Source: a virus. Taken from it: a stretch of DNA of 64,000 nucleotides. Location: positions 32,001 to 96,000 of the IMG/VR virus record IMGVR_UViG_3300028044_000003; one strand, written 5' to 3'. The notes under the pieces are model-generated. The model did not search any database. It worked only from the letters and a program-made list of their open reading frames with translations, and was not told the origin of the DNA. A program made the position numbers and the translations under genes. Of the stretch, positions 1 through 7,372 are shown one piece after another (within the stretch, counting starts at the first letter, position 1; each line of letters begins with the position of its first letter).

Positions 1-77
1 GCGAATTAGTTCTCTTGTTATCACAATTGTGTAACAAGAAAGGTTGGAATCTTACTGTTAAGTAAGCCTTGACCAAG

Positions 78-108
78 ATAGTAGACTTAGCGTCTACTAT
101 TATTTTTT
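78..108 (+). terminator. intrinsic terminator directly upstream of promoter-like repeat 1
   Basis: ATAGTAGAC-TTAGC-GTCTACTAT hairpin followed by TATTTTTT. Confidence 0.65.
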
Positions 109-109
109 C

Positions 110-130
110 ATATCAACCTACTTTTTCGAG
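110..130 (+). promoter_or_regulatory. repeated early promoter-like motif, copy 1
   Basis: ATATCAACCTAC-N6-GAG, 32 nt before ATG at 154. Confidence 0.65.
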
Positions 131-153
131 TTATTGTATCAAAATCTTACTAT

Positions 154-366
154 ATGTTACACACGTATTCGGTGATTAAGAGGAACAACTGTGTTTTTAA
201 TCACCTCGAATGGGAGGCTGCTAAAGCTATAGCAGAAGAAGGAGACTTATTACTCACCATTAAAGACAATCACATTTCTAACATCCGTGAGTTAGAACGT
301 GTAGATTGCTATTATGGTAAACAGTTTGAGTCTACAAATGGTGTGATTACACCGTTCTATCAATAA
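154..366 (+). CDS. small early hypothetical protein
   Basis: 70-aa ORF downstream of the repeated motif. Confidence 0.7.
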   Translation: MLHTYSVIKRNNCVFNHLEWEAAKAIAEEGDLLLTIKDNHISNIRELERVDCYYGKQFESTNGVITPFYQ

Positions 367-456
367 TAAACAAGGTGCTATAAAGTGCTATTTATATATG
401 AACAAGCAATGTATTGTCATATTTTAAGGATTAGCAGCCTTGTTTATTATTTTTTT

Positions 457-477
457 ATATCAACCTACATTATTGAA
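457..477 (+). promoter_or_regulatory. repeated early promoter-like motif, copy 2
   Basis: ATATCAACCTAC-N6-GAA, 24 nt before ATG at 493. Confidence 0.65.
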
Positions 478-492
478 CACTAAATTTATACT

Positions 493-672
493 ATGAACAA
501 AAATGACCGTTTTGTAATGTCGGCTATAGTAGCCGGTGTTATTATTATGTTGTACGTATGTGTATCATCTATGATGTACATCAAGTGTATAACTAAAAGT
601 AAAACCGAGATTGACATGTGTGAGTGTCAACAGAAGTTTCGTCCTTGGAAATCAAACCCTGATTGTTTATGA
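493..672 (+). CDS. small Cys-rich single-pass membrane protein (not in ORF track)
   Basis: 59 aa, MNKNDRFVMSAIVAGVIIMLYVCVSSMMYIKC...MCEC...DCL; resembles 3865..4053. Confidence 0.7.
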   Translation: MNKNDRFVMSAIVAGVIIMLYVCVSSMMYIKCITKSKTEIDMCECQQKFRPWKSNPDCL

Positions 673-836
673 CAGTCGGGGCTGAAGTCCTTGTCTATGG
701 TCAAAGGACCAGGATAAAGGAAGTATCGCCAGGCGGATCGGTAAGTTTCACGACCAAGATCAGATTACCTTGTGGTAGCTGGACCTATTACCTCGGAATA
801 TTTGAGGTGAGCGCTATTAAGCCCGTTAACGTATAA
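669..836 (+). CDS. small hypothetical protein (not in ORF track)
   Basis: 55 aa MTVGAEVLVYGQRTRIKEV...; ATGA overlap with the upstream stop. Confidence 0.6.
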   Translation: MTVGAEVLVYGQRTRIKEVSPGGSVSFTTKIRLPCGSWTYYLGIFEVSAIKPVNV

Positions 837-896
837 AGTTAGCGGGTTATTCTTTTTAGGGTAAAAATACAGGTTGGTATAAAACTCAAAAGTTTA

Positions 897-917
897 ATAT
901 CAACCTACTTAATAGAA
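897..917 (+). promoter_or_regulatory. repeated early promoter-like motif, copy 3
   Basis: ATATCAACCTACTTAATAGAA, 34 nt before ATG at 943. Confidence 0.65.
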
Positions 918-942
918 CCTTTGTACCAAAAAATATACACTT

Positions 943-1269
943 ATGATAGAATCATTTATTGACTTCAGGAAAGGAAATACTAATCCTGAAGAATTACCTG
1001 TTGTGTTAAACAAAAGACAGTTCGAGACTTTATTAGGTCTTATCCCTGTAGCAAGTAATGGGGGTTATCTAAAAAGTATTTCGTTTGAACTAATCGAAGA
1101 CTTGAATGATTTAGAAGTATCAGACAAAGATTACGTTGAAAGGGTTGAAGAATATGTTAACAATTACTTGAATAGAAAGTCTATTCAGGATATGGTTAGC
1201 TTTCGCCACCACACACCGACTCTTTACAACGAGATAGGAGTTATTACAGCACCTGTGGAGTGTTACTGA
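943..1269 (+). CDS. early hypothetical protein
   Basis: 108-aa ORF between the motif and a terminator. Confidence 0.75.
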   Translation: MIESFIDFRKGNTNPEELPVVLNKRQFETLLGLIPVASNGGYLKSISFELIEDLNDLEVSDKDYVERVEEYVNNYLNRKSIQDMVSFRHHTPTLYNEIGVITAPVECY

Positions 1270-1303
1270 GATGTAGTCGAAGTTTCCCCAATCATTGACT
1301 GTT

Positions 1304-1336
1304 AAAAGGTAATCCATTAGGATTATCTTTTTTTTT
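1304..1336 (+). terminator. intrinsic terminator
   Basis: AAAAGGTAATCC-ATTA-GGATTATCTTTT plus T run. Confidence 0.65.
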
Positions 1337-1337
1337 C

Positions 1338-1358
1338 ATATCAACCTACCTATTAGAA
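1338..1358 (+). promoter_or_regulatory. repeated early promoter-like motif, copy 4
   Basis: ATATCAACCTACCTATTAGAA; no ORF follows. Confidence 0.6.
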
Positions 1359-1471
1359 TACAAAAACGGATACAATCCTAGCAGTGACACGGCGTTGGGC
1401 TATATGTAAGTAGTTACCGTTTTTTTTCAAAAGTACTCCTGATTAAATTGGTATGATTACTCTAATTTTTC

Positions 1472-1492
1472 ATATCAACCTACTTAATAGAA
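1472..1492 (+). promoter_or_regulatory. repeated early promoter-like motif, copy 5
   Basis: ATATCAACCTACTTAATAGAA, 34 nt before ATG at 1518. Confidence 0.65.
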
Positions 1493-1517
1493 CCATAGTA
1501 CCAAAAAACAAAGTACT

Positions 1518-1943
1518 ATGAAAAATTCGTTAAAAGCTATCTACATTGATAGCAACCCACAGACAGGCGTTAATTTCTTCGCCATTGATAGCGACAACCA
1601 AGCCCTTTTGGATAAGTTCCAAAAAGCCCGTGGTAAGTACGCTAGTACCATTACCGATGAATTTTCGGATTATTTCGGTATGCCGAAGTACAGTACGAAA
1701 TTCAAAGCCGCGGATTTTAACATCGGTTTTTCGGAAAGTGGTAAAATAATCCACTTAGAAGACGAAACCGATAAGTTAGTCAAACTAGTGGGTACCTATC
1801 AGGGTGCGGTGGCTGATAAACTTGCGGATAGGGTTGCTGACCTAATCTTCAAGCAACACACCAAGAAGGCTACTGTAGCACCACCTACACTAGAACAGCC
1901 TGAGTTCGTTCCAAGCGAAAATGATGCCGACTTTGAAGATTAG
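1518..1943 (+). CDS. early protein with acidic tail, paralog of 2388..2882
   Basis: 141-aa ORF ending ENDADFED. Confidence 0.8.
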   Translation: MKNSLKAIYIDSNPQTGVNFFAIDSDNQALLDKFQKARGKYASTITDEFSDYFGMPKYSTKFKAADFNIGFSESGKIIHLEDETDKLVKLVGTYQGAVADKLADRVADLIFKQHTKKATVAPPTLEQPEFVPSENDADFED

Positions 1944-1949
1944 TCATTG

Positions 1950-1985
1950 GGTAGCACGTCAATACGACGTGTTACCTTTTTTTTT
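1950..1985 (+). terminator. intrinsic terminator
   Basis: GGTAGCACGTC-AATAC-GACGTGTTACC plus T9. Confidence 0.7.
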
Positions 1986-1986
1986 C

Positions 1987-2007
1987 ATATCAACCTACCT
2001 ATTAGAA
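1987..2007 (+). promoter_or_regulatory. repeated early promoter-like motif, copy 6
   Basis: ATATCAACCTACCTATTAGAA. Confidence 0.6.
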
Positions 2008-2042
2008 TACAACACAGCCACGTCTCCGACCAAGAACATGAT

Positions 2043-2325
2043 CTTGTTCTAGGTCTTGTATCAAGATCTGAGCCCTCCTCCAGAACTAGTTCAAGATTAA
2101 CGATTAGAATCCTCTATTCCATGTCTTGGAGAGGTTTTTGTTCTTGTAGACTAGTCTCACGTTTTAGATCTCTAGGAGAGTCTAGATCAAGTTACTTGAG
2201 TCCTCTGTCTAGATTCCTAGATTCCAAGATTTTTTTCATATATACCCTACTTTTTAGAATCCAAGGGCTTATGTCCTAGAACCTAGATACAAGAGCCTCG
2301 TACCTCGATCTAGACCTAGAACAAG
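2043..2325. repeat. CTAG/CWWG-rich segment bounded by a 14-bp inverted repeat
   Basis: 11 CTAG in about 270 bp; CTTGTTCTAGGTCT (2043-2056) and AGACCTAGAACAAG (2312-2325). Confidence 0.7.
2238..2259 (+). promoter_or_regulatory. variant promoter-like motif, copy 7
   Basis: ATATATACCCTAC-TTTTTA-GAA after a T run. Confidence 0.5.
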
Positions 2326-2387
2326 TTCCCGAGTCATTTACACGTTTCATTTTTCATTCACAAATCCTAAAAAACAAGGAGGACACC

Positions 2388-2882
2388 ATGAGCAATTTAA
2401 TTGCTAAGTATCACGACTCTTATAAGAGCGTACAAAAAGACCCTAAAACCGGTAAAGAGATACTGGACGAAAACGGGCGCAAGATCTTGACTGCAAAATT
2501 CATCTACACCGTTGACGGTGAAGAAGAAGATGTTCAAAGATACTTGGACATCAAAGCGGACGAAGGTTACGACATGTTCGACCAGGCCTTGGGTAAAGTT
2601 CTGTTCTTTACACCACAGTTCCACGGTAACGACATCGAGTTAAAGATCACTACGAACGACAACATCGTTGTTGATACTAGTGAAATGGATCGCGTTAAGT
2701 CGTTCGTAAAAGCGAACGGTGGCGATTGGGGCCAGGTCGTAACCCAGAAAGCGTTGGCCGAACTAAACTTCGGTAACATCTTCGCTGCTCCGGCCAAGAA
2801 ATCTGTTACTAAACCTCAACCAAAGGTAGAGGAAAAAGTTACAGGTGAGGATAACGGGCCAGAAGCGGATTTAGAAAACTAG
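2388..2882 (+). CDS. early protein with acidic tail, paralog of 1518..1943
   Basis: 164 aa; AGGAGG upstream; ends EADLEN. Confidence 0.85.
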   Translation: MSNLIAKYHDSYKSVQKDPKTGKEILDENGRKILTAKFIYTVDGEEEDVQRYLDIKADEGYDMFDQALGKVLFFTPQFHGNDIELKITTNDNIVVDTSEMDRVKSFVKANGGDWGQVVTQKALAELNFGNIFAAPAKKSVTKPQPKVEEKVTGEDNGPEADLEN

Positions 2883-3238
2883 TTATATGAATTAGTTGTG
2901 GTTCATAAGTGATTGATAGTGAGAGAGTTGGAGAGGTATTGTTACCTCACCCTCTTTCATTGTCCACTTAATTGTACGAGAATCAGAACTGGGCGCCCGG
3001 CGCACCTCATAGCTAGTCTCTAAGAGAGTAGATACACTTATACTTGAAACACTATACTCGTTATAGTGTTTCTCGTATACTTGTTTCGTATACTCACTTA
3101 CTTGTTTTATCATTTACTTGGTTCTTGTATCTGGTAACCGAGGGTTTGATTCCTCTTTCTTTTATTTTAGTATCCAGGTGATTAAGGCGTGAAAATCGTG
3201 CGTTGATTATTAATCAGGTTCACCAAATCCTTCTATAT

Positions 3239-3622
3239 ATGATTTCACCTATCATTACTCTTTCTAACGATAAGAAAGTTATAAACTTTTCGTCTCCTCA
3301 TGATTTTCATTTTGTTGATGGTACTATTTTACCCAGGATATCTGACGAAGATGCCGAGCGTTTAAAAGTAACATTCATCGAAAATGTACATGATAATGGC
3401 GATGTTGAGTTATCCTTTACCCTGGGTCCAGAAGTACATACCAGGATGATGGAATGTAAAACGTTATGGGATAATGATCTAGTAGACGTTGTTTACTGTC
3501 CGTTACCTATGATTACCGCTCTCAAAGAATCCGGGTATGATCTCAAAAACTCTCCGTTTCGAGCAATTCGTGTTGAAGACCGTATCAAAAAACTTGTCTC
3601 TATCGACAAACAATGTATTTAA
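3239..3622 (+). CDS. hypothetical protein
   Basis: track ORF 3203..3622; ATG at 3239 preferred. Confidence 0.75.
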   Translation: MISPIITLSNDKKVINFSSPHDFHFVDGTILPRISDEDAERLKVTFIENVHDNGDVELSFTLGPEVHTRMMECKTLWDNDLVDVVYCPLPMITALKESGYDLKNSPFRAIRVEDRIKKLVSIDKQCI

Positions 3623-3637
3623 GAAATAACAAACCAA

Positions 3638-3694
3638 AGAATAGTTCAGCACATTTCAAACATCAATCTGCTAAATTGAATTGTATCTATTCTG
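3638..3694 (+). ncRNA. TCAGCA stem RNA copy 1, with a Ser(GCT)-like anticodon arm
   Basis: AGAATAG/CTATTCT-G stem, TTCAGCACATT, internal TCAAT-CTGCTAA-ATTGA. Confidence 0.6.
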
Positions 3695-3704
3695 TATTTG
3701 TTAG

Positions 3705-3732
3705 TAACCCGTCTCTTTTAGGGATGGGTTAC
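3705..3732 (+). terminator. hairpin, possible terminator
   Basis: GTAACCCGTCTC-TTTA-GGGATGGGTTAC; no good U tract. Confidence 0.4.
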
Positions 3733-3864
3733 ACATCTTAAGCGTTTCCAGGAAACAGGTACTGGTGTAAAGTCCCGATGAAACCAATCTCTGACGTGTC
3801 GAGAGTTTGGTGATATATCCGGTAAGCATGGGAAACGTATTTTTTTACTATCTTAATCTCCGAT

Positions 3865-4053
3865 ATGAAAAATAATTTTGCTTTTAGATTAGTCTTACTA
3901 ATCGTAATGATTCTTCTTATATCTGCTCTGTACCTTACTTTTATAAGATTCGGATATATTACTTGTGTTGATAAAGCCGGTTCTAATCAAAAAAAACTTT
4001 GTGCTTGTGAAGTAAAATGGTTAGATAAAGATAATAATTGTGGGTTTGAATAA
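3865..4053 (+). CDS. small Cys-rich membrane protein
   Basis: TM helix followed by YITC...CAC...C. Confidence 0.7.
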   Translation: MKNNFAFRLVLLIVMILLISALYLTFIRFGYITCVDKAGSNQKKLCACEVKWLDKDNNCGFE

Positions 4054-4146
4054 ACGGTAAACATTGATCCGGAAGGTTTCTCTTCAAAATACGCGGTGAA
4101 AATCGCGACGTACATGTCCCCTGGAAAGGACGGTTTTTATAATTGA

Positions 4147-4213
4147 TATTTAACCTGGAAGTGTGCGAATGAGTTCCAAGCTTGACCCTAACGTAAAGTC
4201 GAGGGTGCTAATA
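4147..4213 (+). promoter_or_regulatory. structured leader motif copy A
   Basis: GAGTTC..AGC..TGACCCT...GGGTGCTAATA, shared with 11709-11816; 15 nt to ATG. Confidence 0.5.
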
Positions 4214-4228
4214 CTAAACTTTTATTAC

Positions 4229-4663
4229 ATGAATTTGAAAACACAAATTATTGACAAATTATTCTCAGGAAACGAACATGAATTGGACGCCTCAGAAAGA
4301 GTATTTATTGCTAAGTCTTTAAGTACTACAAGTAAAAACTCTATTTTAGAATCTATTACAAATAAAGGTACGTGTGACAAACATAATAAAAATTGTCAAC
4401 ATGTAGCTTTAGATTTAACTGATGAAGAAATGAATAATCTTCAAAAAAAAGCTTTTGATACGATAATTACATCAGCTTCTTTAGAAGATGTTTTAGTAAC
4501 TTTTATCAGTGGTTTAAAAGATTCTGAAATAGTTTATCTGTTAGATCTAAGTTTTATCAATCTTGCTCGTATAGAAAAAAACGAAAGAATGTCTAAAGAT
4601 TTGAATTTATTAGGAGATAGATTAAGAAAGTTAAAAGATTTTTTAGATAAAAATAATAGTTAA
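4229..4663 (+). CDS. hypothetical protein
   Basis: track ORF 4163..4663; ATG at 4229 preferred. Confidence 0.75.
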   Translation: MNLKTQIIDKLFSGNEHELDASERVFIAKSLSTTSKNSILESITNKGTCDKHNKNCQHVALDLTDEEMNNLQKKAFDTIITSASLEDVLVTFISGLKDSEIVYLLDLSFINLARIEKNERMSKDLNLLGDRLRKLKDFLDKNNS

Positions 4664-4681
4664 CTTTTAAAACCTAACTTT

Positions 4682-4882
4682 ATGACAAAAAGAGATATCA
4701 ACCAGACAATCAAAGATTTGAAAAAAGAGATAATTAAATTATCTTTACAGGAAACTCGTTTAAATCATGAATCTGACGATTATTACGAACAGATTTCTGA
4801 GATTAAATCGATGAAAGAAGAATTTAATGAAGAAATAAGTTTGCTAACTTTAGAGTTAAGTGAGCTTGAAGTTAAGTATTAG
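4682..4882 (+). CDS. small coiled-coil protein
   Basis: 66-aa ORF with heptad pattern. Confidence 0.7.
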   Translation: MTKRDINQTIKDLKKEIIKLSLQETRLNHESDDYYEQISEIKSMKEEFNEEISLLTLELSELEVKY

Positions 4883-4901
4883 ATTTGGTGAATAATACTA
4901 A

Positions 4902-4959
4902 GGGATGTTTCAGCACATTATAAAAGCCAAAATTGAGGATTTTGTTTTATTACATCCCG
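4902..4959 (+). ncRNA. TCAGCA stem RNA copy 2, with a Leu(GAG)-like anticodon arm
   Basis: GGGATGT/ACATCCC-G stem, TTCAGCACATT, internal CAAAA-TTGAGGA-TTTTG. Confidence 0.6.
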
Positions 4960-4990
4960 TTTTTTATTATCTAAATTCTAGTAAAAATTC

Positions 4991-5040
4991 AGCGGAAGTT
5001 AAGTCGGTAACTTCAGTGGTTCGAATCCACTTCCGCTACA
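4991..5040 (+). ncRNA. mini tRNA-like RNA (acceptor stem plus T arm)
   Basis: AGCGGAA/TTCCGCT-ACA; GTGG-TTCGAAT-CCAC; one short internal hairpin. Confidence 0.65.
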
Positions 5041-5134
5041 ATTACCTTAATATCCTATAAAAGATAGGTGGTAACTTTAAAGTATCCATCACGTCAGTAA
5101 TGACGTACCAAGATGGGTCTTTGCCCGGGTTTAA

Positions 5135-5234
5135 AGGTTAGATCAGCAAATTACATCTACAAACATGTATTAGTTTAGTTGTAAAAGGGGGAAGTTCGTA
5201 ATCGTCAATTTGATGAGCGAATTAAACTAACCTG
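5135..5234 (+). ncRNA. TCAGCA stem RNA copy 3
   Basis: AGGTTAG/CTAACCT-G stem, ATCAGCAAATT, internal hairpins. Confidence 0.55.
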
Positions 5235-5314
5235 ATTGCCCAAAAAATTCGCTCTATCGATTTGATAGAGCGGATTTCCCTCTCATTATTTTGTCACCAA
5301 ATCAATTACCAAAT

Positions 5315-6691
5315 ATGAGTTTATTAAATGCTATGAGAACTAAAGATTCTCTAACCAACAATGGTGCTGTTACTAACAGTACAAGTCTTAACTTTTGTTT
5401 AGACATGTTTTTCCTGGCCGGAGCTTCGCGTAATATGTCTGAAGAAGATATAATTCTAGTATTCGAAAGAGCTTTTGGTCAAAACCCTTTGACAACAATT
5501 AGAGTGTTGTTCTGGGCCCGTGATGCGCGTGGAGGTGCTGGTGAGAAAAGATTCTTTCAGATAATCTTATCACATATTCAGAAAACTTATCCGGATGTAT
5601 TTACCAAAATATATCCATTAGTTTATGAATACGGATATTTCAAAGATCTCTTCAAGATGCGTCCTACACAGGAGTTATTAAATTACTTTGCCTGGGCGTT
5701 GAGTCATCATCCTCAAAGAAATCTTCTGGCTAAGTATTTTCCTCGTAAAGGGAAATGGTTTAACTCTTTTCGTATCCACCAGGAAGAAAAGCCTAAGACG
5801 CTTAGAAAGTTTCTCGTAGAGATGACCAAAGTAGTTGAGACACAAATGTGTAACAACGAATGGGATGCTATTGAGTACTCTAAGGTTCCGTCTGTAGCCA
5901 TGAGAACTTACGCTAAGTCTTTTGGTAAACATGATTATCCTAGATTCAGTCAGTACATCCAGGACGTACTTAAAGGTGATAAGAAAATAAACGCTTCGGT
6001 GTTATTTCCTAATCAACTTTACAGAGCGTATTTGATGAATGAATCAGAAGATCAGGTTCAGGCTCAGTGGAACGCGTTACCAGATTACCTTACTAAGTCG
6101 GAAAATCATCGTATTTTACCGATATGTGACGTATCGGGAAGTATGTCAGGTTTACCTATGGAAGTATCTGTTTCCCTGGGGGTATATATTAGTGAAAAGA
6201 ATCGAGGTATCTTCAAGGATGCTTTTGTTACTTTCTCTAAAGACCCTAAAATACAGATACTACAAGGTAATCTTTATCAGAGATTTCGTCAGTTAGATAC
6301 TGCAGAATGGGGTATGAATACAGATTTAAACGCTGTGTTTAGTCTTATTCTAGACTCGGCTGTAAGAGAGAACTTACCAGAAAACGAGATGCCGACATCA
6401 CTTCTTATCATATCCGATATGGAATTTGATAGTTGTGGTAAACTTTCTAATCTTGATTCGTTGCGCGAAATGTATTCTAGAGCCGGTTACAAATTACCTT
6501 CAGTGGTATTTTGGAACGTAAACGGTAGACTGAATAACGTTCCGGCTACAATGAACGATAAGGGAGTGGCTCTTGTAAGTGGGTTTAGCCCTTCAATACT
6601 GACGTCAGTTCTTGATGGTACAGTTACAGATCCGGTATCGATGATGCTGAAGGTGATTAATTCACCGCGGTACGAACAGGTAGAGCTGTAA
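5315..6691 (+). CDS. DUF2828-type TROVE/Ro60-like protein with C-terminal vWA domain
   Basis: RDARGGAGEK, YSKVPSVAM, MIDAS DVSGSM, ISDMEFD, VFWNV, LVSGFSP motifs; ATG 5315 preferred over TTG 5291. Confidence 0.85.
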   Translation: MSLLNAMRTKDSLTNNGAVTNSTSLNFCLDMFFLAGASRNMSEEDIILVFERAFGQNPLTTIRVLFWARDARGGAGEKRFFQIILSHIQKTYPDVFTKIYPLVYEYGYFKDLFKMRPTQELLNYFAWALSHHPQRNLLAKYFPRKGKWFNSFRIHQEEKPKTLRKFLVEMTKVVETQMCNNEWDAIEYSKVPSVAMRTYAKSFGKHDYPRFSQYIQDVLKGDKKINASVLFPNQLYRAYLMNESEDQVQAQWNALPDYLTKSENHRILPICDVSGSMSGLPMEVSVSLGVYISEKNRGIFKDAFVTFSKDPKIQILQGNLYQRFRQLDTAEWGMNTDLNAVFSLILDSAVRENLPENEMPTSLLIISDMEFDSCGKLSNLDSLREMYSRAGYKLPSVVFWNVNGRLNNVPATMNDKGVALVSGFSPSILTSVLDGTVTDPVSMMLKVINSPRYEQVEL

Positions 6692-6696
6692 ATAAT

Positions 6697-6731
6697 AGGT
6701 GTAGATAATAAAAATCTACACCTTTTTTTTT
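6697..6731 (+). terminator. intrinsic terminator
   Basis: AGGTGTAGAT/ATCTACACCT plus T run. Confidence 0.8.
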
Positions 6732-6757
6732 ATTTTTTATTCACCAATTTTAACACC

Positions 6758-7372
6758 ATGTCAAAAATTATAATCTCATGCGCTGATCTTGTTAAAAAGA
6801 GCGCGATGGCCATAACTTACACTCGTTTAAAAAAAATAAAACCTGTAGTAACTCCTCGTATGATTGTAGGAGATAAATCGGCAAAAGATAAATCAAAGTC
6901 TCATCTGATAGAACTTGTAGGTACTTTAAAAGTAAACTCTGATTTTGATTTAAAATACACGTTTGACGAAATTGTAGATAATCATGATCATTTTGTTCTT
7001 ATAGAACACAAATACTTTGATGGTGATGAAATAGCAGATTGGTTTCTTAAGTCCTCGTTATTACAAACAGCTTTTTATGACGCGTTAGTTACTCTTAACA
7101 ATAATAAAACTTACATAACTGCAGATTACGAATTAGCTAAAGATAATCCTCGATATGAAATTATTATCGATAAACCGGTTGTATCTATCTTGGATATTAA
7201 AGACAAGAAGTACTCTATAGAAGTAACCGATGCTCCTAAACTTGTAGGGTTTTATCTTAAAAAAGCCCAGGCTACATTTGATTACACCCAGGCTAGGTTA
7301 CACGATGACTTCTATAAGAGTAAAGAGTACGAAACACTGAGTCCTTTTTTTACTTTTAAACTTTTATCATGA
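6758..7372 (+). CDS. PD-(D/E)XK nuclease-like protein
   Basis: FDEI...LIEHK...QTAFY pattern. Confidence 0.55.
   Translation: MSKIIISCADLVKKSAMAITYTRLKKIKPVVTPRMIVGDKSAKDKSKSHLIELVGTLKVNSDFDLKYTFDEIVDNHDHFVLIEHKYFDGDEIADWFLKSSLLQTAFYDALVTLNNNKTYITADYELAKDNPRYEIIIDKPVVSILDIKDKKYSIEVTDAPKLVGFYLKKAQATFDYTQARLHDDFYKSKEYETLSPFFTFKLLS

Noticed and set aside
103-2260. CRISPR array interpretation of the early repeats
   Set aside because: Spacing is irregular (about 130-520 bp), the intervals contain genes and terminators, and no cas operon is present.
1947-2279. 110-aa Ser/Arg/Leu-rich ORF
   Set aside because: It starts at TTG at the edge of a terminator, crosses two promoter-like motifs, and its composition simply reflects the CTAG-rich DNA.
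4147-4213. Firm call as a pistol, twister or HDV-like ribozyme, or as a SAM-I riboswitch
   Set aside because: Only fragments of each consensus match and the required pseudoknots could not be built by eye; kept as an unclassified motif.
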